The notes: generated by a model not told the origin, from the sequence alone. 64,000 bases of DNA from Candidatus Bathyarchaeota archaeon (GCA_963828195.1 CAWHDT010000005.1:64001-128000), one strand, 5' to 3'. Shown: positions 21,027 to 30,306, counted from the first letter of the stretch. Numbers and translations are program-made.

Positions 21027-22667
21027 GAGAGTGTGTGAAAAGTCTCTTTTTTGCGTCTATTTACCGTTAACCTTAAATCTAGACTGGCTTTAGAGCAACA
21101 GAAAGAGCTGAAGAGCCATGAGCGAACACGTAACAGGCCATTACAGAAATCAATCAGTTCTCTTCCCAAACATACTCGACGATTACGTTGACAAAGAGAA
21201 CCCGGTTCGGTTCATTGACGCCTTTATCGATAGCCTCAACTTAGAGAAGCTCGGATTCAAGCACTCAGTACTGGCAGACACAGGAAGACCATCTTATGAT
21301 CCTTCAGACCTGCTAAAACTCTATCTTTATGGTTACCTCAACCAAGTGAGATCAAGCAGAAAACTCGAGAAAGAGTGCCACCGCAATGTCGAGGCCATGT
21401 GGCTCATGAAAAAGTTGGCTCCAGACTTCAAAACCATTGCTGACTTCCGAAAGAATAACGTAGAATGCATCAAGGGAGTGTTCAAGGAATTCGTTTATCT
21501 TTGCAAAAGCCTGGACCTTTACGGTGCTCAGTTAATAGCTATTGATGGAACCAAATTCAAAGCGGTAAACTCAAAAAGCAACAATCTCAACGAGAAAACA
21601 GTCGCTTTGAGGCTCAAACAAACAGAAGAAAAGATAGCAGAGTACCTCAAAGAAATGGACCATAACGACACGGCTGACTCAGATGAAGATGAAAGCATCA
21701 ATGTAGATGATCTCAAGGAAAAAATATGCAAGCTTGAAGAGGAAAAGCAGCGATATGAGCAGATTCAAGGCCAAATGAAGGCAACTGGCCAGAGGGAGGT
21801 TTCACTTGTTGATCCTGATAGCCGTTTGATGCGGGTAGACAGTCAAAGGCTTGAGGTCTGCTACAACATTCAGACGTCTGTGGATGCGAAGCAGCATTTA
21901 ATTGTGGATTATGATGTTATCAATAATTCGACTGATCACCATCAGCTAGCGACTGATGCTAAGGCTGCAAAACAGATGCTTGGTGTTGATCGGTTGGAAG
22001 TGTTGAGTGACAAAGGATTCTACGTTGCGAATGATCTCGTTAAATGTGAGGAAGCTGGGATAACGGTGTTCATGCCGATTCCAGCTTTCAATCCTACTAA
22101 GAGTGCGGGTGTACCGGAGCCTGAGTTTGGTTCTGAAAGGTTTATTTTCGATGGGGTCAAGGACGTTTATGTTTGTCCTGGTGGGAAGGAACTGGGGTTT
22201 TGGAAGGGAAGTTTCAAGGGTAAGCCTGAATGTGGTAGGCGTTATAGAACGGTTTCCTGTTCTCGTTGTGATTCTAGAAGCAGGTGTACTCGAAATAGGC
22301 GGGGCAGGATAATGGTGAGGTGGGAATATCAGGATGCGGTTGACAGGCTTAGAGCAAGGCTTGTGAGTTCTGAGGGAAAAGAGAAGTTGCGTTTGCGTCG
22401 GATGTTGGCGGAGCATCCGTTTGGAACAATGAAGCGGGCATTCAATCAGGGTTATTTGCTTTTGAAAGGTTTGCGGAAGGTCAAAGGAGAAGTAGGATTT
22501 ACTATGCTTGCGTACAACATAAGGCGGGTCTTCAACATTCTTGGAGTTAGAGCGCTAATGGGTTTGATGAAGACGTAAAAAAGAGAAAACAAGTGAATAA
22601 TGATCCATGACAATAGCTTGAGCGCCAGGTATTCTTAGACTTTAGCTCTGAGTTTTGACACAGTCTG
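21027..22667 (+). mobile_element. IS1182-family insertion sequence
   Basis: imperfect TIRs GAGAGTGTGTGAAAAGTC (21027-21044) and GAGTTTTGACACAGTCTG (22650-22667), 14/18 match; 4-bp target duplication GTTC (21023-26, 22668-71). Confidence 0.92.
21118..22578 (+). CDS. IS1182-family DDE transposase
   Basis: GRPSYDP..LLKLYLYGY...SSRKLE...PDFKTIADFR, IDGTK, DKGF, EHPFGTMK. Confidence 0.95.
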   Translation: MSEHVTGHYRNQSVLFPNILDDYVDKENPVRFIDAFIDSLNLEKLGFKHSVLADTGRPSYDPSDLLKLYLYGYLNQVRSSRKLEKECHRNVEAMWLMKKLAPDFKTIADFRKNNVECIKGVFKEFVYLCKSLDLYGAQLIAIDGTKFKAVNSKSNNLNEKTVALRLKQTEEKIAEYLKEMDHNDTADSDEDESINVDDLKEKICKLEEEKQRYEQIQGQMKATGQREVSLVDPDSRLMRVDSQRLEVCYNIQTSVDAKQHLIVDYDVINNSTDHHQLATDAKAAKQMLGVDRLEVLSDKGFYVANDLVKCEEAGITVFMPIPAFNPTKSAGVPEPEFGSERFIFDGVKDVYVCPGGKELGFWKGSFKGKPECGRRYRTVSCSRCDSRSRCTRNRRGRIMVRWEYQDAVDRLRARLVSSEGKEKLRLRRMLAEHPFGTMKRAFNQGYLLLKGLRKVKGEVGFTMLAYNIRRVFNILGVRALMGLMKT

Positions 22668-22736
22668 GTTCGGGTATGGGGATGGGCAGCTTCAAACCAT
22701 GGTCAAAATTCGCAAAATATCCTTATTCAGTAAGTT

Positions 22737-22786
22737 TGAGATAGGGACTCATACCGTGTACGGGGTAAGTCCGGTACGGCCCACCA
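22737..22786 (+). repeat. attR-like site: right inverted arm, core and displaced tRNA CCA end
   Basis: ...GGGACTCATACCGTGTACGGGGTAAG TCCGGTACGGCCCA CCA. Confidence 0.8.
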
Positions 22787-22873
22787 TAATCTCCAATGTT
22801 TGACTTGGTTTCCTCGTTTTTGGTAGCTTTGCTTGAATTAATGCTTATTAACTTGAAAAAGAATATTATTTAA

Positions 22874-23242
22874 TTGATTTTTATGCATCGAAAAGCCGTT
22901 TTTTCACTTGCAGCTGTTTTTCTGGTGGTTGCTTTAGTCGTGCCCCCAGCTATTGTTATACTTCAAACGAATAACACCATATACAAATACATCATTCCAG
23001 GCAACAGCCCTGTACAGGGAGCAACCAACATCACATTAACAATCACTCCAAAAGACCGTTCAAGCTACAATAACGCGATCCTCATAGCAGTCATAATTGA
23101 AATTGTCTTCATAATTCTCTTTGTCGTCATCATGTACACAGGCATAAACCACACCCATCCAGAACATCAACCATTATTCCGCAAACAAACTTCCCCAAAC
23201 AAAACATCGTTAACTTCCACTACCATCAGACGCCAATTATAA
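22874..23242 (+). CDS. two-TM membrane protein
   Basis: N- and C-terminal hydrophobic helices. Confidence 0.6.
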   Translation: MIFMHRKAVFSLAAVFLVVALVVPPAIVILQTNNTIYKYIIPGNSPVQGATNITLTITPKDRSSYNNAILIAVIIEIVFIILFVVIMYTGINHTHPEHQPLFRKQTSPNKTSLTSTTIRRQL

Positions 23243-23407
23243 ATCGCTCTTCAGCGTTTTCTGAACCAAGGCTATAGTGGAGACCATGCACGGAAATAGT
23301 AAGCTTTAAAAATTTTTGTTGCTGTGGTCGCACAGTCACATATTTTTAAAAGCACTCAACTATCAATGACTTTAGCGTTATCACTCTCGTATTTAGGAGG
23401 TGCATTT

Positions 23408-23608
23408 ATGCCTGAAACATCTATTAATATAACTGAGAAGTTACAGAAAATCGGTCAAACTGCTCAAGAATACAAAGACGCAATTGTAAGCCAATTCAAG
23501 GACATGGAAGTAGAAGTTAAAGATTGGAACTTTGCTGTTGGAAAATCTGACAAAGAATACACCATTGAAGTTAATCTCAAGCTTGGAGTACGCTCAAAAA
23601 AAGCCTAA
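23408..23608 (+). CDS. small hypothetical protein
   Basis: AGGAGGTG SD before ATG (MPETSIN); pyrimidine-rich terminator after. Confidence 0.7.
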   Translation: MPETSINITEKLQKIGQTAQEYKDAIVSQFKDMEVEVKDWNFAVGKSDKEYTIEVNLKLGVRSKKA

Positions 23609-23804
23609 GCAACAAAGCATCTGTTCAGCAGTAGAAACCGGAACCCCTTTTCTTTAAAATTAAATGTTAATCTTTTAAATGCTGTATTTGGCTCTCTTAA
23701 GTTAAGTGTTATTTTTTCGACTTGTGATGGTTAAAATTGTTTTTCACCAAAACAGATAAAAACTCGACTTACATCCATGAAAGCACCAAATAGAGTGAAA
23801 AAAT

Positions 23805-24005
23805 ATGCCAACTGAAATAACGGATGTTGATAAGTTCGTAGCCATGAGCGCCAAAGCAAAGCATTGCTCAGTACAAAGACTCAAAGACACTGTAAAACTT
23901 AAACTGAGAACCCCCAGTCAACTTTACACCTTAAAAATTGAGCCCCTGCGAGCTGATGAAATCATAAAAAGGCTTCAATGCGAAATTCAAGAGAAAGAGA
24001 AATAA
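23805..24005 (+). CDS. rpl38e: 50S ribosomal protein L38e
   Basis: MPTEITDVDKF...VKLKLRTPSQLYTLK, typical eL38. Confidence 0.85.
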   Translation: MPTEITDVDKFVAMSAKAKHCSVQRLKDTVKLKLRTPSQLYTLKIEPLRADEIIKRLQCEIQEKEK

Positions 24006-24066
24006 AAAATTTTTAATTTTACCAACTTATTCTTTTAATTTAAACTGTTAGCATTACGTGTAAGCC

Positions 24067-24090
24067 GTATACATTAGCATCAACAAAACA
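24067..24090 (-). repeat. 24-bp dispersed motif copy 1
   Basis: revcomp TGTTTTGTTGATGCTAATGTATAC. Confidence 0.75.
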
Positions 24091-24282
24091 TATTTTGAAG
24101 AGCCCTATTGCCTCAAGTCTAACTTTTTACTTTCTTAAAACGTCTCGAAAAGCAACGAACCTTAAATATACATGAAAAGATAGACGAGCTTAGTTTAAAA
24201 AAACGGCAAATCAGAAACTAAAATTGACTTCGACCAACGTCTTTTCTTCAAAAAGAACAAGACAATCCTGATTTTCTTTTTC

Positions 24283-24326
24283 AAAAGAAGAAGAAGACTA
24301 GAAAAACTGTTTTTCTTCTTCTTCCA
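24283..24326. repeat. GAA/TTC fold-back repeat, copy A
   Basis: AAAAGAAGAAGAAGACTAGAAAAACTGTTTTTCTTCTTCTTCCA; near-identical copy at 40144. Confidence 0.7.
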
Positions 24327-24771
24327 AAGCTTGCAATTATGACATAGTGACACAAAAACGCCAATAAACAGGGAAGATAGCTATTGGCAGATATTAAAAT
24401 TGGCCTCATGTGAGGGTTAATAAAATGTTTTTTGACAGCCGGTAGCCTCTCACGCCAGCCTTTTTAAAAGTGTTGAGGTGCAATGCATTTGCTTTCGTGT
24501 TTCCTTGCCTACGAAATTCAATCGAATGTAAATTTTTCATATGTAAAAGTTAAAAAAAATAATAAGATTAAGTTAAAAATTAACTAATCCTGTTAAATCA
24601 TCCATGCACGTTGTGTTCTTAAACAGCTTCGGATAACGAAATTCAAGCTATTTTTTAGTTTGGGAAAAGAAGATATTTCTGCAGGGATGAATAGCATTAG
24701 TTTGACGATAGTAACTTTGATTTGCTGCAAATGAGGACTTCACTTGGGAAGGAGATGGAGAGTTAAAAATG

Positions 24772-24795
24772 TGTTTGGTTGATGCTTTTGTATAC
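24772..24795 (+). repeat. 24-bp dispersed motif copy 2
   Basis: TGTTTGGTTGATGCTTTTGTATAC. Confidence 0.85.
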
Positions 24796-24886
24796 CGTTG
24801 GGGCTTTCCTACACCGATTTTCTTTTCAGTTTTGTCGAAAACTCAATTTTTTGCTAGTAATACTTCAAAACTTTATGGTGTAATCT

Positions 24887-25594
24887 GTGAATATTGAATG
24901 CAACTTGTTAACTTCTATTCTTAAAATGACGAAAAAAGGGCCAGTTTTAATTGAAAATGTCAACAATGATGCCCGCATCCCATCCTCAACTGCCCAAAAA
25001 TTGCTTGGGAAACTGCAAAATGAAGGTCTCATTTATTTAAGAGAGGGCAGCATCGAAGTGGAAAAAAACAGTAGGCTCAAATTGGCGGTAAAAGCGGTGT
25101 CCGAAGGGGGAGACTTGGAGCACATCAGCAACTTGCTCCGTTGGCAGGAGTTTGAAGAAATAACAGCTTTTTCCCTGAAAAATTATGGTTATACTGTGTC
25201 AAATAATGTTCGATTTAAAGGTGCAGCGCGCAGATGGGAAATAGATGTAGTCGGTTGCAAGAAGCCCTTAGTCATCTGTATAGACTGCAAACATTGGCAA
25301 CATGCAATTACGCCTTCAGCTTTAAAAAGAATTGTAGAATCACAATTGGACCGCACAAAAGCATTTGCGGATTCGCTGCCAAAAATCAAACTAAACTTTG
25401 AATGCACACAATGGAATAAGGCAAAGTTTATTCCATGCATATTGTCGCTGATGCCTAGCTCTTTCAAGTTCTATTATGACGTGCCTATTGTGCCTGTGCT
25501 TCAGCTGCAGGATTTCTTGAACCAGTTGCCAGTTTATACCGAATCGATTAAGTATTTTCCGAAAACCTTCAATTCTTTAAGTCATAATTTTTAA
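24887..25594 (+). CDS. wHTH plus PD-(D/E)xK restriction-endonuclease-like (Mrr-like) protein
   Basis: WQEFE...GYTV...WEIDVVG...IDCKHW; N-terminal HTH-like segment. Confidence 0.75.
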   Translation: MNIECNLLTSILKMTKKGPVLIENVNNDARIPSSTAQKLLGKLQNEGLIYLREGSIEVEKNSRLKLAVKAVSEGGDLEHISNLLRWQEFEEITAFSLKNYGYTVSNNVRFKGAARRWEIDVVGCKKPLVICIDCKHWQHAITPSALKRIVESQLDRTKAFADSLPKIKLNFECTQWNKAKFIPCILSLMPSSFKFYYDVPIVPVLQLQDFLNQLPVYTESIKYFPKTFNSLSHNF

Positions 25595-27451
25595 AATCGA
25601 ACTTTTAGCTACCCTAAAAGCTGGGTAGAGACTAAAAAGCAAGATTCCAGCCAAAGCTGCAAACAACAAACCAGTTATCTCCAAGATTGTAAAGCCCGTA
25701 ACTATGGGTTGAGGCAGCAAAATAAGTAACGTAATAATGGTGCCGAGTGATATTCCAACGCCAAAGCTTGAAAGCAGGATAATTATGCTTTGTATCGCCA
25801 AAACAACGACGACAAATTTAGGTTTAGCACCAATAGCCCGTAAAACGGCGAATTCTTGATGCTGCTCATCCACGGCAAGCATCATGTAACTAAACATGCA
25901 AAGAGCAGCAGACACCAAAGTAAATAGAGGAATAATCATTACGGTCTGCCAGGCTGAGGCTAAAAAACTCGTGTTTTTGTCAACAGTGCGATCTAACTGG
26001 AAAACATTCAAGCTTGGATCCGTCGATTGAACCAAAGTTTTAATTTGCGCAATAGCCGCAGATTGGTCAGCCGAGTTTTTCAGCGTTAACAGTAGCAGGT
26101 TGGGGTTGAATTCGCCTGAGATGCTTTCTAACGTTTGAATGGGCAGGTAGGTGACATAGCCATTGTTTGTGGGGTCCACGCAGGTCCCAACGATGTTAAA
26201 GGTCACGTTCTCAAAAGATATTCCTTCCACAAGAGGATTGGCTTGACTTATGCCCTTGCTGGGATCAGCAGTGTACATGGTAACAGCTATTGAGTCGCCT
26301 ACAACTGCGTCATAATTGTCGGGTGAACTTAAAAATTGGCCTTCAACGTGCCAGGTTCCAGCAAGAGTAGCGGGGTCAACCCCCATAATTATTGAATTTC
26401 CCTGTCGATCGCCGCCAACTATAACGGTATCAGCCGATGTAGTTCCAAAGCTGTAGTTAGAGACCTCTTGCACGGTTCCCTGTAAAACAAGACGTGAATC
26501 AACTGAACCTACAGTGGACAAGGAGTTTAATTGATTGATGATTGTTTGGGGAATCATCAAGTTTGGATCTGAATAATTAAAGTTGGCTGCTGCTTTGGCG
26601 CCCGAAAATGTTGAAAGCAACTGTTCATATTGGTTGCCCATACTGTTTGTAGCTATGGCAATCGTGTTTTTGCCAACGGTGTTTTGAACCCATGTGGTTG
26701 TTGTGCCTTCAGCAATGATGCCTCCTGCAATCGAAATTGTAAGCAAAATAAACACTATCGCAAGTAAAGCAAATATTCGTAAGGTCCCTGATTGTCGGCG
26801 GAGCATGCTTCGAGCAGCGATAGCCCATGTTAAACGGGACTTTGACAACGATTTATGCTTGCTGGCTGTGATTAAACCATAAAAGTTTACTAGTGACAAC
26901 GCCTTTGTCGGCGACATTCTAGAAGCTTTCAGGATAGGCCAGAGACCAAAAAACAGCGACAAAACAAAAAACACGACGAAAACTGCAGGAATATACAATA
27001 AATTGGGCAATCGGTAGCTTGAAAAAACGTAGCTAGCTACGCCAAAATCCATTAAAAAACCCAGCAGTATACCTAAAACACATCCAGCGAGAGTCGTTGT
27101 AAAGAGTTCCGTCATAAAGTAACCTGCAACGAGGCTGTTTGGGCATCCAGCCGCCTTTATTAAGCCGAAATCTCGGGTTCGCTGTGCCATCATAAAGAAA
27201 GCAATGAACGAAGTTAGCGCTGCACCCACTGCAAAGATTAAAATGCCGATAAAAAACATGAACTGTGAAAAAATTGATGTCAAACCCTGTGTCAAGACGC
27301 CCGTAGAGGCGGTAAAACCAACGCCTAAACGTCCGCTGAAAAGCAGCAGAAACAGGGTGGATGCGACGCTTAACGCCAAGGTGACAATAGTTAAGGTTGT
27401 TTGGAGGCGCCTGCGAAGCAAATCATTGATGGGGAAAGCAACGTTACTCAT
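25577..27451 (-). CDS. FtsX/MacB-like ABC transporter permease
   Basis: two FtsX modules (QRTRDFGLIKAAG; EFAVLRAIGA) around an extracellular domain. Confidence 0.88.
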   Translation of the reverse strand: MSNVAFPINDLLRRRLQTTLTIVTLALSVASTLFLLLFSGRLGVGFTASTGVLTQGLTSIFSQFMFFIGILIFAVGAALTSFIAFFMMAQRTRDFGLIKAAGCPNSLVAGYFMTELFTTTLAGCVLGILLGFLMDFGVASYVFSSYRLPNLLYIPAVFVVFFVLSLFFGLWPILKASRMSPTKALSLVNFYGLITASKHKSLSKSRLTWAIAARSMLRRQSGTLRIFALLAIVFILLTISIAGGIIAEGTTTTWVQNTVGKNTIAIATNSMGNQYEQLLSTFSGAKAAANFNYSDPNLMIPQTIINQLNSLSTVGSVDSRLVLQGTVQEVSNYSFGTTSADTVIVGGDRQGNSIIMGVDPATLAGTWHVEGQFLSSPDNYDAVVGDSIAVTMYTADPSKGISQANPLVEGISFENVTFNIVGTCVDPTNNGYVTYLPIQTLESISGEFNPNLLLLTLKNSADQSAAIAQIKTLVQSTDPSLNVFQLDRTVDKNTSFLASAWQTVMIIPLFTLVSAALCMFSYMMLAVDEQHQEFAVLRAIGAKPKFVVVVLAIQSIIILLSSFGVGISLGTIITLLILLPQPIVTGFTILEITGLLFAALAGILLFSLYPAFRVAKSSILKIMT

Positions 27452-28136
27452 TGCTACCCGCCAATTTGCCGTCTTCAAGACATAAAACTATGTCGGCCAA
27501 CTCTTTTATTTCACTGTCATGAGTTGCAACAATAACAGTTTTGCCCCTACTTTTAAGCAGCTGGAGCACTTGAACGATTTTCAAACTGTTTTTAGAATCC
27601 AAGTTTCCGGTGGGTTCATCCGCCAAAATAAGCTGTGGATCATTAGCCAATGCCCGTGCAAAAGCTACCCGTTGCTGCTCACCGCCGCTAAGTTGGGCTG
27701 GAAAATGGTTCGCCCTATTCTGCAAACCTACAGTTTCAAGAAGTTCGGTTATCCGCGTCTCCGCTTTTTCCTCAGACGTCCCAATCCACTCCATCGGGAA
27801 CGCAATGTTCTCAGCAACTGTTAATGTTGAAACAAGATTGTACGCTTGAAAAACAAAGCCCACATTGTTGCATCGATAATCTGACAGAGCATCTTCGTTT
27901 TGAACAGTTAAATCTTGGTCGTTGACGAGAATTTTGCCGCTTGTCGGCTTGTCAATTCCGCCGATAATGTTAAGCAATGTTGTTTTTCCCGAACCCGAAG
28001 CCCCGCTTAGCACGACGAATTTGGCTTTGGGAATTGAGAAAGTTACGTCTTTTAGGACTTCAAGTGTTTCGTTACCGATCGGGTATTTTTTTCCCAGATC
28101 CTGGGCATTTACTGTGACGCCTTTTTGCTTTTCCAG
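27444..28136 (-). CDS. LolD/MacB-like ABC ATPase, probable CTG start
   Basis: [25 protein letters not shown]; frame stays open upstream of the ORF-track GTG and encodes the expected N-terminal strands. Confidence 0.88.
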   Translation of the reverse strand: MEKQKGVTVNAQDLGKKYPIGNETLEVLKDVTFSIPKAKFVVLSGASGSGKTTLLNIIGGIDKPTSGKILVNDQDLTVQNEDALSDYRCNNVGFVFQAYNLVSTLTVAENIAFPMEWIGTSEEKAETRITELLETVGLQNRANHFPAQLSGGEQQRVAFARALANDPQLILADEPTGNLDSKNSLKIVQVLQLLKSRGKTVIVATHDSEIKELADIVLCLEDGKLAGSNE

Positions 28137-28212
28137 TTTAGATCTTTTCTCCGGTATAGAGAGAGGTTTCAGCCTCTAATAATATACTTTGAGGTTCATT
28201 TGCGTACATTGC

Positions 28213-28647
28213 CTAATTGTAAGTTGTGTCCAAGTTTAGATTTCCTCTATCCCGCTTAAGAATTCTGACTTTTTCAGGAAGCTTATTTTTCTCCCAATCT
28301 ACCCAGCTGATTTCCTTGAAAAGCCAACGTTTACCCAGATGCGCTGCAACGACGGCGTGCTTATGCCCGTTGTCGGCAGGGATGAAGAAGTCGAGAAACC
28401 TGAAGAGTTTATCGATCTGTTGTTTGGGAAAGTAGGCGTAGTAGGTGGCGTTTTTTACTTCAAAGGCGTAGCTGTGTGCGCCTTTTCTCGCCATGATGTC
28501 TGGCAGCGGATTGAGGCTGGGATTACTTACTGGCACCCGGACGGCATTGTAGCCTTTTTTTTGCAGAAGCTTAACCAACACCGTTTCGCTGTAGAAGCCT
28601 CTTTTGCGCCAGCGCCGAAGCCTCACTCTGTCTAGTTCAGTGCTCAA
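28213..28647 (-). CDS. Hjc-like Holliday junction resolvase
   Basis: RGFYSE...GYNAVRVPVS...PDIMA...FEVK. Confidence 0.78.
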   Translation of the reverse strand: MSTELDRVRLRRWRKRGFYSETVLVKLLQKKGYNAVRVPVSNPSLNPLPDIMARKGAHSYAFEVKNATYYAYFPKQQIDKLFRFLDFFIPADNGHKHAVVAAHLGKRWLFKEISWVDWEKNKLPEKVRILKRDRGNLNLDTTYN

Positions 28648-28724
28648 ACTGTTTTCCCCTTTTATGTCGCTACTTTATAGGCTTTGGAGATACAAATTGT
28701 TGCATAGAAGTGCCTGAAAAAGTT

Positions 28725-28748
28725 TGTTGTGTGGATGCTTTTGTATAC
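28725..28748 (+). repeat. 24-bp dispersed motif copy 3
   Basis: TGTTGTGTGGATGCTTTTGTATAC. Confidence 0.8.
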
Positions 28749-29000
28749 GACTCAAAAGGTGGTGTGCTCTGGAGAACGCTGGTTACGGTAGAAATTCTGT
28801 GTAATACCGACGTCACCAATGTTACCGTACACGTAAATTTCTTCATTCACACAACCAAAATATTGCCTGATTAGGCTACAGTAACCAATGCAAAAGCAAG
28901 CGCTGAACCCGAAAGAACCCCAAACAAAGACACCTCAGAGACAAAAAAAATCGCCCCCACCAAAACTTAGTGAAGCCCAAAAAACGCGGACAGTCAGGCT

Positions 29001-29024
29001 GTATACAAAAACATAAACCAAACA
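29001..29024 (-). repeat. 24-bp dispersed motif copy 4
   Basis: revcomp TGTTTGGTTTATGTTTTTGTATAC. Confidence 0.8.
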
Positions 29025-29637
29025 CACCCCGCTGAGGTCAAAGGCAAAACTGTCTCAACCCACTGGGCAATATAGAGCTCTAAAAAACTGTTGACAAAGT
29101 ACAGACTATTTTCCACCAAGAAACAATCAAACAAAAGTTTCCTGCCTAAATGTTAAGACTTCGGCGTGACTGCGTAAATTTTTTGTAGCTGATAATTTGT
29201 GTCTAAAATCAGCTAAGTTTTCAAAGGCTTTGAGAAAAACTGTAAAATGCTCGAAGTTGAACCGAAAAGTGAGCCGTTTGTTTCGTATGGAGATTTTCGA
29301 GGGTACTTATATGAGGCCCCGATATTCTCCATGCCAGTGCTCTATAGGGTGGATAGAAAAGGCTAAAATAAGGTCTTTTTGACAGTTTAGACATGAATCA
29401 GGCTTTTTAATTTTCGTTTCCATAGGAAAAAACTGGCTGAATTTTCGGCTTCATAGTTTCGCATAAAAACACCAATGTTTTACCAATTTTATGGCAAAAT
29501 AACCTTTAAAATCAATTATTTTATTAAAATATGGCAAACGGTAAACCGTTTTTTAAGGCTCACGTGGGGAGCAAAAAATTTTTACAGATTTAATAATTTT
29601 TTCTGAAAAAGCAACAGCTCACTCAGATGTGGGTTGG

Positions 29638-30161
29638 TTAAGGCGGCAAGCCTTTAGCTGCATTATCTCTTAATGTTTCCAACCAAACTTGGTGCTGCTT
29701 CACCATTCGTTTTCCAGCCAACACATTTACCAATCGTGTGAGAAAGCCACGCTGCCGCTCCTCAGTAACAACACGGCAACCTGATTCAGTTTTTTCAATT
29801 AGCCACGCTTGATAGCCAGAATCCCCAGTGCCGCGAAACTCAAAGGCAAGACGCTGAGGAGGCAGAAATTCCTGCACTTTGCAGTTCACGGTTACACTGA
29901 AGGCAGTGGCCTTTCCTTATCAGGATTATAGAATCCGATTTTCCACTTAAATCGCGTACCCAAAGCAAGGTCAGGAGGCTGCCCCTCAATGAAGCGCATG
30001 TTGGCTGAGTTCGGATACCACGTAGGCCAAAGTTGCGCGCGTATAAGCCAAGCCCAAACGACCTCTGGATCCGAAGGCATTTCAAGTTCATTTCGGACGT
30101 CAACACGGCAATTTACAACGGCATAGTGCGTTGGCCATAAAATCTGATTTGACTCGGCCAT
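29638..30161 (-). pseudogene. SRPBCC/START (polyketide cyclase-like) gene split by a 35-nt insertion
   Basis: PEVVWAWLIRAQLWPTWY...RFKWK / FSVTVNCKVQEF...GCRVVTEE; removing 35 nt at ~29905-29939 gives one 162-aa ORF. Confidence 0.75.
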
Positions 30162-30306
30162 AGATTGAACCCTAACAAGCCATTATGTCACCTTTAGGTA
30201 TAAAAAATTTTTTGCCTCTAAGACCCCAGCGTAAGCTATAACTAACGAATAGAAGTCTCAAAAGTTCAATAGCTTAGCCGCAAAGAAGCTAAAATACTAG
30301 AGCGAG

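Larger units (their letters stand above)
3518..22776. mobile_element. tRNA-Val(CAC)-integrated genomic island, ~19.3 kb, no integrase seen
   Basis: direct repeat TCCGGTACGGCCCA at 3504-3517 and 22770-22783; inverted arms 3518-3557 vs 22737-22776 (28/40 identical); interior rich in fragments and small ORFs. Confidence 0.8.

Noticed and set aside
3518-22776. Calling the island a casposon or intact provirus
   Set aside because: No Cas1, family B polymerase, capsid, terminase or integrase is recognisable.
20941-22786. RNase P RNA, SRP RNA, tmRNA or group I intron identity for the reconstructed element
   Set aside because: The conserved signature sequences of these RNAs are not present.
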